In this document: positions 1-10,436 of the stretch, piece after piece
Position numbering within the stretch: position 1 is the stretch's first letter
Layout of the letters: each line of letters begins with the position of its first letter
Source of the DNA: Abditibacteriaceae bacterium
Lineage (GTDB): Bacteria > Armatimonadota > Abditibacteriia > Abditibacteriales > Abditibacteriaceae
NCBI GenBank assembly: GCA_965277285.1
Contig: OZ255721.1
Location: 512,001 to 576,000, forward strand
Length of the DNA stretch: 64,000 bases
Direction of reading: 5' to 3'
Translations under genes and position numbers: made by a program
The notes under the pieces: model-generated
Seen by the model: only the letters and a program-made list of their open reading frames with translations
The model's database searches: none
Told to the model about the DNA's origin: nothing

Positions 1-227
1 TCCAAATCTTCATACGCGGCTTCCACTTCCAAATCGGCGATTTGACCGGTCGGCGTATCGCTATCGGGAGAAAACGTATGAACGCGATAACCCATGCGGC
101 GCGCGGCGATAGCGAACATACGACCAAGCTGCCCGCTGCCTAAAACGCCCACCGTCGCGCCAGGAAGAATCGGTTTGTCGTTCGCGGTCTTGTTTACCGC
201 TTGTCTGTTGATCGCTTGCGTGTTCAC
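1..227 (-). CDS. purK: N5-carboxyaminoimidazole ribonucleotide synthase, 5' part (runs off window)
   Basis: Manual translation from GTG 227 (overlaps purE stop, GTGA): ...[47 protein letters not shown]; GxGQLGRM motif; directly downstream of purE. Confidence 0.9.
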   Translation of the reverse strand, partial: MNTQAINRQAVNKTANDKPILPGATVGVLGSGQLGRMFAIAARRMGYRVHTFSPDSDTPTGQIADLEVEAAYEDL

Positions 228-757
228 GAATTGTTCTCCGATGTTGGCAGCGAAAGTTGCGGCGGCACAACCGATTCGAGTACTCGATCCATTTGATTCG
301 CCCGAAAATCGCGCAACTTTTCGCGCAGTTCGGGGCGCGAGTTCGCTAAAATCGCAATCGCTAAAAGCGCTGCGTTGGTGGCGCCCGCGTTGCCGATGGC
401 TAATGTTCCAACCGGAATTCCTGCTGGCATTTGCACGATGGAAAGCAGCGAATCCTGACCTTTCATGACGCGACTTTCGACGGGCACGCCGAGAACCGGC
501 AGCAGCGTTTGCGCGGCGCACATTCCGGGCAAATGTGCCGCGCCGCCCGCGCCCGCGATGACGACTTCCAAGCCGCGCGTTTCGGCGGATTTCGCGTACT
601 CGAAAAGCAAATCGGGCGTGCGATGCGCTGAAACGACGCGGCATTCGTGAGGTACGCCGAATTGATTCAAGGTTTCATGCGCATGCTTCATGGTGTCCCA
701 ATCGGACGTGCTGCCCATGATGATGCCGACGAGGGGTTGGTTTTCGTTTTGATTCAC
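224..757 (-). CDS. purE: N5-CAIR mutase
   Basis: [40 protein letters not shown] motifs. Confidence 0.97.
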   Translation of the reverse strand: MNQNENQPLVGIIMGSTSDWDTMKHAHETLNQFGVPHECRVVSAHRTPDLLFEYAKSAETRGLEVVIAGAGGAAHLPGMCAAQTLLPVLGVPVESRVMKGQDSLLSIVQMPAGIPVGTLAIGNAGATNAALLAIAILANSRPELREKLRDFRANQMDRVLESVVPPQLSLPTSENNS

Positions 758-799
758 GGGCGCAATTTTAACCTAAAGCGACCAAATCGTATAATCTCC

Positions 800-870
800 C
801 GTAGGGGTTTGGCGTGCCAAGCCCGAAATGCGGCGTCGAGGTCAGGGCTTGGCACGCCAAGCCCCTACGG
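800..870. repeat. GTAG-type REP doublet (GTAGGGG-TTGGCGTGCCAAGCCC ... GGGCTTGGCACGCCAAGCCCCTAC)
   Basis: Inverted pair of GTAG-tagged palindromes; near-identical copy at 34492-34598. Confidence 0.8.
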
Positions 871-903
871 TTCCTCATATAAAAGTTAAGGTTTTTGAGG
901 CTT

Positions 904-2649
904 ATGAATATCTTCCAACCGCGCGCTTTTCGCGTGTTCGTTTCCCTGCTGGCGTTTCCCCTGATGACGCTTTCCGTGCCCGCGATGGCCGCGCCAAAGA
1001 CAAGCGACGACGCATCTGCCTTGCCGCCCTTCGACATCGGCACGTTGCCGCGACTTCCTTCGCCAAATTTGCCCGCGACTTCCGCAACGCCGACGCCTCG
1101 CGGTGCAACTTTTCCGACGCAAAACAATGGCGTTCCCACGGCTTTGCCGTCTGCGACTTTGACGCGTTTGAACGGGCTTTTATCAGCGCCGGAAATGGCG
1201 GACGCACACGTCGGCATTTGCATTCGTGCGCTGGGACACGTGCAAAACACCGACGATTTTCCTTCAAGGCCTTACGCCAACAACGCGCAACCGATTTTGT
1301 TTTCCAGCGACGGCGACAAGCGTTTTCTGCCAGCCTCCAATATGAAATTGTTCACGGCGGCGTTGGCGTTAAAAACATTAGGCGCCGAAAAAACCTTTGC
1401 GACGCGCGTTTGGGTGCAATCGAGTACTCGAAATGGCGGCGCGACATTGTACATCGTCGGTGGTGGCGATCCGTCTTTGGCGATTGACGATTTGCGGCAA
1501 ATGGCGCGCGATGTTCGCCAGAAAGGAATCACGCGCGTGACACAAATCGTGGCTGATACGAGTTTGTTTCGCGCCGAAACGATGGGCGAGCGTTATCCCG
1601 ACGGCTGGACTTTGGACGATTCGATCTGGTATTACGGCGCCGAAGTCAGCGCGCTCGCGCTCGAACGCAATCAGGTCGATGTCACAATTACTGGCACGCG
1701 CAAAGGCCAGGCGGCGCGAGTCGAAGTCGCGCCGTTTGTGCCAGGTTTCATGGTTGGCGATGGCATTGTTGCCGATGTCAAAACTGGCGGACGCGAACTG
1801 AAAAAGTTGGGCGAAAGCGACTTGATTCAATTCGAGCGTTCGGATGCCAGTAACGCGTTGGGAACCAGATTGTATGTGCGCGGGCAAATTGCGCCCGGGC
1901 AAGTCATCACCGATGGTTTGGCGATGCCGAATGTGGCGCGCATCGTCGCCCAGACTTTTGCGCGGCAACTGAGCGCGCAAAATATTCAGGTCAGCGGAAC
2001 CGCTGTCGCCGGAACGATGCCGCCAGACGGCACGGAAATCGTCGCGCAACACGATTCGCAGCCGTTGCGCGTTCTTATCCAACGTTTTCTGAAGAAATCG
2101 GACAACCTTTACGGCGAAATGCTGCTGCGCGATGTCGGCGTGACAATTCCTGAAAGCGCGGGCAAAGGTGGCAACACCAGCGATGAAGGTTCGGGCAACG
2201 GCATCGCCAGCACGGGAATCGCGGCGCGCGCGCACCAAGCGTTGCTCGATTGGCTGAACCAAATCGACGTTCCAACCGACGGCTTGCGTTTATCCGACGG
2301 TTCCGGGTTGAGTCGCTACGATTTGGTGACGCCGCGCGCGATGGTTTCGCTGCTGGCCGCGACCGAAAAGTTGAAAGGCAGCGACGCTTTTTGGAACGCT
2401 TTGCCAATTGCTGGAGCCGACGGAACTTTGAAAAATCGCATGGCGAACACGCGCGCCGCCAACAATGTGCGCGCCAAAACCGGCACGTTTTCGATTGCGA
2501 GTTGCCTTTCGGGTTATGTCACAACGCGCGACGGACAACGCCTGGCGGTTTCAATTTTGACCAATTTCGCGCGTAATGGCGACCAATCGCGCCAAATGCA
2601 AAACGATATTTTTGCGGCTCTGGCGGACGCGAGTTGGAGCGGTTCTTAA
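904..2649 (+). CDS. dacB: D-alanyl-D-alanine carboxypeptidase/endopeptidase (PBP4, peptidase S13)
   Basis: Signal peptide; PASNMK (SxxK), KKSDN (SxN), DGSGLSR, AKTG motifs. Confidence 0.93.
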   Translation: MNIFQPRAFRVFVSLLAFPLMTLSVPAMAAPKTSDDASALPPFDIGTLPRLPSPNLPATSATPTPRGATFPTQNNGVPTALPSATLTRLNGLLSAPEMADAHVGICIRALGHVQNTDDFPSRPYANNAQPILFSSDGDKRFLPASNMKLFTAALALKTLGAEKTFATRVWVQSSTRNGGATLYIVGGGDPSLAIDDLRQMARDVRQKGITRVTQIVADTSLFRAETMGERYPDGWTLDDSIWYYGAEVSALALERNQVDVTITGTRKGQAARVEVAPFVPGFMVGDGIVADVKTGGRELKKLGESDLIQFERSDASNALGTRLYVRGQIAPGQVITDGLAMPNVARIVAQTFARQLSAQNIQVSGTAVAGTMPPDGTEIVAQHDSQPLRVLIQRFLKKSDNLYGEMLLRDVGVTIPESAGKGGNTSDEGSGNGIASTGIAARAHQALLDWLNQIDVPTDGLRLSDGSGLSRYDLVTPRAMVSLLAATEKLKGSDAFWNALPIAGADGTLKNRMANTRAANNVRAKTGTFSIASCLSGYVTTRDGQRLAVSILTNFARNGDQSRQMQNDIFAALADASWSGS

Positions 2650-2690
2650 AGGCCGCGTGCAAACTGAAAAATAATGTTGGGAAGTGACAG

Positions 2691-2772
2691 TTTGTCATTC
2701 TGAGCGCAGTCCGCCCAAAGGGCACCCGAATCTCATTGGAGTTAGATTCTTCGCTGCGCTCAGAATGACAAA
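2691..2772. repeat. TGTCATTCTGAGCG...AGATTCTTCGCTGCGCTCAGAATGACA hairpin element (copy 1, left arm degenerate)
   Basis: Same element at 12876, 40484, 42424, 50980. Confidence 0.85.
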
Positions 2773-3101
2773 CTCCTAATTTTGCGCGTTTTTGTTGCTA
2801 ATTTCCTTTTTCCTATACACCCTCTTAGGATGACAAACTGTTGCTTCAAGGCACAATTGCAATTCCTATACACCCTCTCAGACAGGCCAAGTGTGAGAAA
2901 CAGAAATTGCTGTACTGTACGTACCTTCAATCTCTCATGACAAACTTCTGGCGTTCGAGTACTCGATTGTGCGTTTTGGCACACTCTTGACAAAAGCGCG
3001 ATTTTGTTGCAGAGAGACGGGAAATCGGGTAAAATAGACAGGCATTTTCTCCAGACTTTCGTCTGATTTTGCCTCCATTCCCTTTGAAGGACTTTGCTCC
3101 T

Positions 3102-4619
3102 ATGTCATCCGCTCCCGACGTTTCTCCCGCTGAACTCGAAGAAAAAGAAGAAAAAGCTGTGCGCCCGACGGCTGCTCAAGAAACGCGCCTGCAAGAACTT
3201 TTGCTCGAACTCGAAGGCAAAAGCGAAACCGCGCAACGCCCAATTGTCGATGAGATTCTGCTCATTGGGCCTGCTGCGATTCGTACGCTGGCCAAAGCGC
3301 TCAATTCGGGCGCCACGTTTCAAGTGCGCATGGCGTCCGCCACTTCGCTTGGCGAATTGCGCGACGAACGATGCGTTGCGCCGCTGGTGCAGGCTCTCGC
3401 CGATACCAGTTTGAATGTGCAGCGCGCGGCGGCTCATGCCTTGTCGTTGTTGGGCGCTCCGGCGGTCGAACCGTTATTGATTTCGCTCGATTCTCCGGAC
3501 GATTCCGTACGTCGCTGGGCGGGCGAAGTGTTGGGCAAGCTGGGCAAGAAAAGCGTGGCGGCTGAACTGATTTCGCGCTTGCCCAAAGAAACTGTCGAAG
3601 TGCAGAAAGCGATGATTATCGCGTTGGGTGAGCTGGGTTCGGTCAAGGCGACCTTGCCGTTGATGGGTTTTCTTGCTTCAGAAAACATTGATCTGGTGCG
3701 CTATGCCGCCGAATCGTTGGGGCGTTTGGGCGATGCGCGCGGCATCGAGAACTTGATTCAATGTTTGGATTCGCCGTCTGTCGATGTGCGCAAAGCCGCA
3801 GCAGACGCGCTGGTAAAAATCGGCGAAGAATCGGTTCCAGCTTTGATGAAGGCGCTTGAAAGCCCGAATCATACGGTGCGTCGCTGGGCCGCGGAATCGT
3901 TGGGCAGTCTCAAAGACAAGCGCGCCATTGATGCTCTGGTAAAGGGATTGGCTGATGAAAACGTGCGCGTGCGGCGTTACGCGGCTTTGGCGCTGGGACA
4001 AATCGGCGATCCGAAATCCGCGCGGCATTTGCAATCGCTGTTGACCGACCCGATTCAAGACGTGCGCTATTCCGCGGTCAAAGCGGTCGCCGGAATCGGT
4101 GGCAAAGCGAGTTTGGAACCGCTTTCGACTGCGCTGAGCGATCCCGATTGGGTGGTGCGCCTGGCGGCGGCGCAAGGCTTGGGCGAATTGAAAGATAAAG
4201 CCGCGGTTGGCCCATTGTGCACTTCGTTGCGCGACAAAGAATGGAGCGTGCGCTATCATGCGGCATTGTCGCTGGGCGATATTGACGATACCGAAGCGGT
4301 TATTCCTTTGATTAAAGCGCTCAACGATGACCGCGAAGACGTGCGTCGTGGCGTGGTCGAATCGTTGGGACGTTTGGGCGATAAGCGCGCGGTTCCTTCT
4401 TTGGAGCGCCAACGCAAAACCGAATTGAAGAACGACGAACGTTTGGTGATCGCCGTCATCGACACGGTTTTGCCGGGCTTGCGCAAAGGCCGCAAAGTCG
4501 AAGCGCGACCAGAAAACCGTTTCCTGCCGCAACCGATCATCAACTCGGCGACGATCAAACCCAAAGCCGCTATCGCCGCCGCGCGCTCTTCCGCCGCCGC
4601 ACAAGTCGGACAAGGATAG
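3102..4619 (+). CDS. HEAT-repeat (PBS lyase-like) protein
   Basis: About 13 tandem ~31-aa repeats of the form L-D-x3-VR-x2-AA-x-ALG; GAAGGA RBS before ATG 3102. Confidence 0.9.
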   Translation: MSSAPDVSPAELEEKEEKAVRPTAAQETRLQELLLELEGKSETAQRPIVDEILLIGPAAIRTLAKALNSGATFQVRMASATSLGELRDERCVAPLVQALADTSLNVQRAAAHALSLLGAPAVEPLLISLDSPDDSVRRWAGEVLGKLGKKSVAAELISRLPKETVEVQKAMIIALGELGSVKATLPLMGFLASENIDLVRYAAESLGRLGDARGIENLIQCLDSPSVDVRKAAADALVKIGEESVPALMKALESPNHTVRRWAAESLGSLKDKRAIDALVKGLADENVRVRRYAALALGQIGDPKSARHLQSLLTDPIQDVRYSAVKAVAGIGGKASLEPLSTALSDPDWVVRLAAAQGLGELKDKAAVGPLCTSLRDKEWSVRYHAALSLGDIDDTEAVIPLIKALNDDREDVRRGVVESLGRLGDKRAVPSLERQRKTELKNDERLVIAVIDTVLPGLRKGRKVEARPENRFLPQPIINSATIKPKAAIAAARSSAAAQVGQG

Positions 4620-4710
4620 TTACGCCAGGCTTCGCCACGCAAAAACGGCGCAACTTCGTCGCTATCTTTAAGAAAAGTTGCGTTGTTTTTGCGAACGAAG
4701 TTAGCGTAAC
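4619..4710. repeat. Long imperfect inverted repeat (~90 bp hairpin) between the HEAT gene and smpB
   Basis: GTTACGC..CTTCG..CGCAAAAAC..CGCAACTT / AAGTTGCG..GTTTTTGCG..CGAAG..GCGTAAC. Confidence 0.65.
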
Positions 4711-4735
4711 TCTCACGCATCGAGTACTCGATTCT

Positions 4736-5254
4736 ATGGCTAAAGAAAAAAGCAAAAGCAAAGAACCCGACGGCGATTTTACAGTCGCGCAGAATCGGCG
4801 CGGGCGTTACAACTACGAGATCGAGGAATCGCTGGAAGTCGGTTTGTCCTTGACCGGAACCGAAGTGAAAAGTGCGCGCGCCTCGCAAGTGCAAATCGCT
4901 GAAGCGTATGCGCGTCTGGAAGAAGCCTCGTATGGCAAAAAAGGCGGCAAGCGCGCCAAGCGGCCCGAAGTGTGGATTCACGGGATGTTTATCGCGCCTT
5001 ACGAGCAGGGCGGCGTTTTCAATGTCGAACCGCGACGCAAGCGCAAGTTGCTTTTACACCGCGCGCAGATTGACAAACTGGCGGGACGCGTTTCGCAAAA
5101 AGGCTATTCGCTGATTCCGCTCAAACTTTATTTCACGCATGGGCGCGCCAAAATGGAATTGGGCATCGGCAAAGGCCGCAAAACGCACGACAAGCGGCGC
5201 GCCATCACAGAACGCGAAACCAAGCGCGACCTCAGCCGTCACCTTTCGCGCTAA
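4736..5254 (+). CDS. smpB: SsrA-binding protein
   Basis: NRRGRYNY, GLSLTGTEVKS, RKRKLLLHR, GKGRKTHDKR. Confidence 0.97.
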   Translation: MAKEKSKSKEPDGDFTVAQNRRGRYNYEIEESLEVGLSLTGTEVKSARASQVQIAEAYARLEEASYGKKGGKRAKRPEVWIHGMFIAPYEQGGVFNVEPRRKRKLLLHRAQIDKLAGRVSQKGYSLIPLKLYFTHGRAKMELGIGKGRKTHDKRRAITERETKRDLSRHLSR

Positions 5255-5370
5255 CCTTTCTCGTCATTAATGTTTGCCCGCTGTTTATCACGCACGTTTT
5301 ATCACGCACGTTGCTTCAACGTTCACCGCGACGCCTTGCCGCTTGGCTGACTTCTGGCTTCTAAACATTT

Positions 5371-7368
5371 ATGATTACACAGCGCGCGGTCATCATCGGC
5401 TTTGTCGGGGTGTGTTTTTACCTGGTTGCGCTGGTCAATCAACTGCCGTCGTATTATTCGATTCTCACCTGGCTTTCGATCACGATTTTGGTGTCGTGCG
5501 CGGGCGTCGCGGCGATTTCTCTGCAAGGAATGCGTTGTTCATGGCGCGTTTTGCGTTCGCGCGCGGCGGCTTCACTGGATGCTTCTGCGACGCCGTCGGC
5601 GAACGCCAATCGAGTACTCGATAGCCACGACGACAGCATGGAAAACGGTTCCGGGCCAGTTGTGGAAATCGAACTGGTCAACAAGGGAACTTTGAATAAA
5701 ACGGGCGTCATGGTCGATGTAACGGTTCGCCATTTAACGCGCGATGTGGAATTGACGCGGCGTTTTATGATCGAATCGCTGCCCGCCAACAGCAGCCTGA
5801 TCTCGACTTTGACGTTGCGAGGCCTGCCGCGCGGACGCTACAAAATTGTCGGAATTACACTTGTCGGCGCCGATGTCCTGGGCTTATTTCGCTCACGCCA
5901 AAAAGTTTTTGTCGATGGGAAAAACCCGCGTCGCAAGTTTGTGCCGCGACCTTTGCCTGACCCGGACGCGACCTTTCGTTTTTACGTTGCGATGATCGTG
6001 ATGGGTTTTTTGGCGTTTCTGGTTGGCGTTATCGCGCGGCATTACACGATTTTCGGCGGCTGGGCGGCGACCTTTGGCGGATTGTTAAGCGCTCTGGTGG
6101 GCGCTTCCGGTTTGGCGTCGTGGTGGCGTTCGGTGCAGGCGATGCGCGCGCCGCGTCCACGCGTGAATTGGGACGAAAACGCGCAAAATCAATTATTGGT
6201 CGGGCCAGCGACGGTCGGCGCGGGACGTTTGGTGGGCGCGGCGGCAGCCGAAGAAAGTGGCGCCGAGGCAGTTCAATTTGATGTGCTGGGGCGCGGCGAT
6301 GAGTTGCGCGGCACGCGGCCTTATGTCGCGGGCGACGATCTGCGCACGGTTCACTGGAAATCGACGGCGCGCCTGGGACGTTTGGTAGTCAAAGAATTTC
6401 ATCGTCCGGCGCGCACGCAATGCGCTGTCATCTGGGACGGCTCGGCGGGTGCGGACGCGTCTTCCTCGAAGGGAAACGTGCCGGGCGCGCGTTCGAGTAC
6501 TCGAAAGGCGATCAAGGACTTGCAAAACATGAACGACGATGCGCGACGCGTTGAAATGGCGTTGTCGCTGACGGGTTCGTTATGCCGCGCGTGGCTCGAA
6601 CGCGGCTTGAGTTGTACTTTGTTGTGCCTGGATGAAGGCGGCGCGCGATTAGTTTCGCAGCCTGGAGGACGCGGTCTGACGGCAGCTTACGTCGAAGCGT
6701 TGGCTGAAGCGGACGCCAAGCGTCAAACGCCTTTAGCGAACGCTGTCGCTGCGCGCTTGCGCGACTTGCCGCGCGAAGGCGACGTATTTCTGGTGACGAC
6801 TCAAGCGTTGCAGACAAGTGCAAGCAACGCGATTTTATCCGATGATGTGCGGCGCGCTGCATCGGTATTGAAAAGTCGTGGCGGTCGCGTGACCGTCGTG
6901 GTGGTCGAAAGTGCGCAATCGTCGTCTTCCGCGCAGCGCGAGACCGGCAAAAAGGCGCGCGAAAGCGATACCGTCAAAGGCGATACCGTCAATCGCCTTT
7001 GGACTGACACGAGCGGAGTGCGCGTTGTCAGCGTTGTGCCTCCAGTGGATAGGCGTCGTCCGCGCCGCCGTTTCGCACCATCTGAAGCCAAAGATGAGCG
7101 TCGTCGCCAAGGAAACACCCGCCTTATTCTGGAGCAGAGCGCGCTCAGTGCGGCGCTGGAAACCTTGATGCACTTTGAAACACGTCAGTCTTTTGGCGCC
7201 TTAATGAATGCCGTCACAGATGTTTCCAGCCCAACCGCGCATGGCATGGCTTCCGACAGTGCTTTGGCCAATGGTTCGATGAACGAAGCGTTGAACGGTT
7301 ATGCCAATGGCAACGGCCAGAGCGCCAATAGCAACTCGAACAGTGCCTCAGAACGCCGCAATGTTTGA
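5371..7368 (+). CDS. DUF58 domain membrane protein
   Basis: N-terminal TM helices; PRGRY; RPYVAGDDLRTVHWKSTARLGRLVVKEF signature. Confidence 0.85.
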   Translation: MITQRAVIIGFVGVCFYLVALVNQLPSYYSILTWLSITILVSCAGVAAISLQGMRCSWRVLRSRAAASLDASATPSANANRVLDSHDDSMENGSGPVVEIELVNKGTLNKTGVMVDVTVRHLTRDVELTRRFMIESLPANSSLISTLTLRGLPRGRYKIVGITLVGADVLGLFRSRQKVFVDGKNPRRKFVPRPLPDPDATFRFYVAMIVMGFLAFLVGVIARHYTIFGGWAATFGGLLSALVGASGLASWWRSVQAMRAPRPRVNWDENAQNQLLVGPATVGAGRLVGAAAAEESGAEAVQFDVLGRGDELRGTRPYVAGDDLRTVHWKSTARLGRLVVKEFHRPARTQCAVIWDGSAGADASSSKGNVPGARSSTRKAIKDLQNMNDDARRVEMALSLTGSLCRAWLERGLSCTLLCLDEGGARLVSQPGGRGLTAAYVEALAEADAKRQTPLANAVAARLRDLPREGDVFLVTTQALQTSASNAILSDDVRRAASVLKSRGGRVTVVVVESAQSSSSAQRETGKKARESDTVKGDTVNRLWTDTSGVRVVSVVPPVDRRRPRRRFAPSEAKDERRRQGNTRLILEQSALSAALETLMHFETRQSFGALMNAVTDVSSPTAHGMASDSALANGSMNEALNGYANGNGQSANSNSNSASERRNV

Positions 7369-7519
7369 AATTATCTACAAGTTTCTGACCCGTGCGCAGA
7401 AAGTCAATGAAGTACCACAGAATTGCCACGTTGGTATTTTGAGTTTGTGAAGCTTGGCTTGTTATCGAGTACTCGAAATCGAGCCAAGCCAATGGTTTTA
7501 GCTGGAAAATGGTGACATC

Positions 7520-9940
7520 ATGACGGAAATGGCGACTTCGGAGATTGAGCCGGCAGCGTATCGCGCGCCTTCGTGGGAAATGGGCGCGCGCTATTTCGCG
7601 GCTTACGCGTGCATGACAATTGCAGTAACGGCGGCCTGGCCCTTGTTGCAAGCGCCGTTCGGCCCGATCTTGTTGTTGTTGCTGGGCGTGGGCTTGCCGC
7701 TTTCCCTGTGGTTGCGCTTCAACGGCGTGCGCTTCAAAGGACGACCGATCAACCGCCTGATGCTGAGCAGCATCATCATGCTGGCAACGTTTGTGTTATC
7801 GGCGGCTTTCATCAGTGCCACTGTTGGTTTTGCCGTGTTCAGCGGCGGAATTTTGCGTGCCCTGGCCATCTTCACCGCAGGTCGTTCCGTCGAATTGATG
7901 GTCGGCGTGTTTCTCATCTTCGGCGTTTCGCGCTGCTTGTTCCTGCTGACCGATAAAGACGCGTTTCTCTGCACGCTGCCTTCCTTCGCGGTTTTGTTCT
8001 TATTGATCGTGGTACAGCGAGAACCCGTTATCGTGCTGGATTTTATTGGCTGGACTTTGATGACGGCGACTTTGCTGGCGCTTGATCATCGGCACGAATC
8101 GCGGCGTGGCCTGAGTGGTTTCGTAACGGCGAACGTGCCCGGGCAGGACGTGAAACTTTCGGCGCGCTCGCTGGCGACGATCCTGGTGATTTCCCTGTCT
8201 TGCTCGGTCGCGCTTTCTTACACGCTGGCGGCGGGCAATCCGAACAATCGCAGCGCCTTTGAAACGTTTATGCGCATTATCGTTGGTGGATTGAGCAATG
8301 TTAGCAGTGACTCCGGTGACAACCCGGATGTGGCAACGCAAACCCAGCCGCAAAGCTTGATCGACTATCGTTCCGGGCCGCCTTTGCCGACGCGAACCGT
8401 GTTATGGAAAATGGGCGCGCGCTTGGTGCCGCGTATCGCGGCGCGGCGCCATCAAAGCGTGGAAGGGACGCCATTTTTCCCGTCTTACTGGCGCTTGTCC
8501 AGCCTGGCGCGCTATGATGGCGCGGCTTGGTCACAGGGCAGCGGCGTGTCATCATTGCGTCCGGTTGCCGCGCGCCCCGATAACGCAAAGTCGGACACCG
8601 ATCATCAAATTCGCTTATACGATTTGCGCAGCAATCGCACGCCAGCACAAAAGAAACAAAAATTTTATGAGGCGCCACTAATGCCGGGGCAGGTTCGCAT
8701 CGCGCAAATTCTTTCGCCAATGATGTCAGGGAGTGGTTCGGTTCCGCTGCCTTTGTTGCCGAATGCAAAATTTGTCTGGCTGGGCCGCACCGATAACGCT
8801 AATTTGCGTGTTAATCAGGAAGGCGCGGTAACATTATCTGAAACTCACTTAAACCGCGAAATTCTCATCTTCAGCGATGTGACGCCCGTTCCCGAATATG
8901 GTGGAGGCGCCGAGTTGCACAGCGGCCTGATCCACTTAAACCCCAACTTGAAATTGAGCGCCAGCGAACGCGCCATGTATCTGCAATTGCCTAAAATGCC
9001 GCGTCGAGTACTCGAATTGGCGCGCCGCCTGGCGGGAAACGATCCCAGCCCATTACGCCGCGCTGAAAGTCTGGAATTGGCCTTGCCGACAATGGCGACT
9101 TACACGTTGCGTCCGCCAGATTTGCCGGACGACCGCGACGCGACCGATTTTTTCCTGTTCGACAGCAAGCGCGGATATTGTACGCACTTCGCGGGCGCTC
9201 TCACCGTGTTGTGCCGTGAAATCGGCATTCCCGCGCGCGTCGTTTCGGGTTTCGCCAATGTCGAGCGCGAAGTGAATGAAGATGGGCGACCAACAGGCAG
9301 AGCCATCGCGCGCAGCTCGAATGCGCACGCTTGGACAGAAATCTGGCTGGACGGAATCGGCTGGATTCCTTTGGATGCGACGCCCGCCGACGACCGAGGC
9401 GACAATTCGCCGACCGTCTGGGGCGACCTCAGCGACCGTTTTTCGTCCGCTATGGTCGCTTTATGGGTTTCGATGCAGGCCCATCGCGCGCTATATTTCG
9501 GCGGCGCGACTTTGCTTTTAATCGTCGCATCAGCCGGCTTTTTAGTCACGCGTCGCTTGCATGAACGCAACCTCGCACGCGGCCTGGCGCGACGGTTATT
9601 TGGTGGGCGACTGGTCGGAAAGCGTGGTGAAAAGGCAGAAGAATCACCTGAATGGCGCGAAGATTTGGCGACGCGCGCCACGATTTTTTCGGTTTATCGC
9701 AAAGCCTCGAAAGTTCTGGCGCGCCGTTTTCGTCCGCGTGCCTACTGGCAAACACCGCACGACTGGTTGCAGGAAGCGCAAAGCGAACTGCCCGATGTGG
9801 ATCTGACGCCGCTGCAGACACTCACCGATTTGCACCGCCGCGCGATGTATAACCCGCAGCTTTTCAGCGAAACCGAACGCGAGCGCGTCCGCGAAATCCA
9901 AACCGAAATCAAGCGACACAAATACGTCGCCGTTAAATAA
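7520..9940 (+). CDS. Transglutaminase-like membrane protein (TgpA/DUF3488 type)
   Basis: Multiple TM helices; GYCTHFA...GIPARVVSGF...HAWTEIW...W.PLDATP catalytic motifs. Confidence 0.88.
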   Translation: MTEMATSEIEPAAYRAPSWEMGARYFAAYACMTIAVTAAWPLLQAPFGPILLLLLGVGLPLSLWLRFNGVRFKGRPINRLMLSSIIMLATFVLSAAFISATVGFAVFSGGILRALAIFTAGRSVELMVGVFLIFGVSRCLFLLTDKDAFLCTLPSFAVLFLLIVVQREPVIVLDFIGWTLMTATLLALDHRHESRRGLSGFVTANVPGQDVKLSARSLATILVISLSCSVALSYTLAAGNPNNRSAFETFMRIIVGGLSNVSSDSGDNPDVATQTQPQSLIDYRSGPPLPTRTVLWKMGARLVPRIAARRHQSVEGTPFFPSYWRLSSLARYDGAAWSQGSGVSSLRPVAARPDNAKSDTDHQIRLYDLRSNRTPAQKKQKFYEAPLMPGQVRIAQILSPMMSGSGSVPLPLLPNAKFVWLGRTDNANLRVNQEGAVTLSETHLNREILIFSDVTPVPEYGGGAELHSGLIHLNPNLKLSASERAMYLQLPKMPRRVLELARRLAGNDPSPLRRAESLELALPTMATYTLRPPDLPDDRDATDFFLFDSKRGYCTHFAGALTVLCREIGIPARVVSGFANVEREVNEDGRPTGRAIARSSNAHAWTEIWLDGIGWIPLDATPADDRGDNSPTVWGDLSDRFSSAMVALWVSMQAHRALYFGGATLLLIVASAGFLVTRRLHERNLARGLARRLFGGRLVGKRGEKAEESPEWREDLATRATIFSVYRKASKVLARRFRPRAYWQTPHDWLQEAQSELPDVDLTPLQTLTDLHRRAMYNPQLFSETERERVREIQTEIKRHKYVAVK

Positions 9941-9942
9941 CG

Positions 9943-9979
9943 AAAGCGCCACAATCTCGTACTGGATTGTGGCGCTCTT
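9943..9979. terminator. Terminator-like hairpin with degenerate 12-mer core
   Basis: AAAGCGCCACAATC-TCGTACTG-GATTGTGGCGCT immediately after stop 9940. Confidence 0.7.
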
Positions 9980-10072
9980 GATGTTGCAGAGAAGATGTTG
10001 CAGAGAAGGACATAATCAATGCACCGGATAGTGCGCGATGTCCGCAAGCTAATTTTTGCAATTCGCGCCCTG

Positions 10073-10368
10073 TCAGCTTGCTGGTTTAGATGGTTCAAAG
10101 AGCCATTTGTTTTGCTCTTCATCCCAACGGGCGTCCATGTAGCATTTGCGGTTTTCACCAAAAAAGCCAACGAAAGCAAGTCAATATCCTGAACTGGAAA
10201 TAGAAAAGGTTCTTCGGGTGCCAGCGGCCCGCCGCCGGCAAAACAAAGGTTGTTATCCTCAATGTCGAGAGGATAACCTTCGTAATATTCACCGTTTTTT
10301 AGAGAAAGCGCGCACCGGCTTTCAGCAATTGCACGAAACTCTTCGAGAATCGTTTTCGCATCTTTCAC
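10073..10368 (-). pseudogene. Small hypothetical gene with probable 1-nt frameshift in a T6 run
   Basis: GGAGG RBS + GTG 10368 (MKDAKTILEEF...DIDLLSLAF); the adjacent frame continues FGENRKCYMDARWDEEQNKWLFEPSKPAS* to 10073; A-run at 10160-10165. Confidence 0.5.
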
Positions 10369-10389
10369 GATCTGCCTCCGTTCTAACTT

Positions 10390-10424
10390 AAAGCGCCGCA
10401 ATCGAGTACTCGATACGGCGCTTT
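10390..10424. terminator. Terminator-like hairpin after carB, centred on TCGAGTACTCGA
   Basis: AAAGCGCCG-CA-ATCGAGTACTCGAT-A-CGGCGCTTT. Confidence 0.75.
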
Positions 10425-10436
10425 GCGTGTCTTAAA

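Noticed and set aside
5255..5370. tmRNA (ssrA) next to smpB
   Set aside because: The gap is too short and lacks the GGGG..TCGA..CCA tRNA-like ends.
9742..10401. 219-aa minus-strand ORF as given in the track
   Set aside because: It overlaps the transglutaminase gene and a hairpin, and is better explained as a frameshifted 10073-10368 gene.
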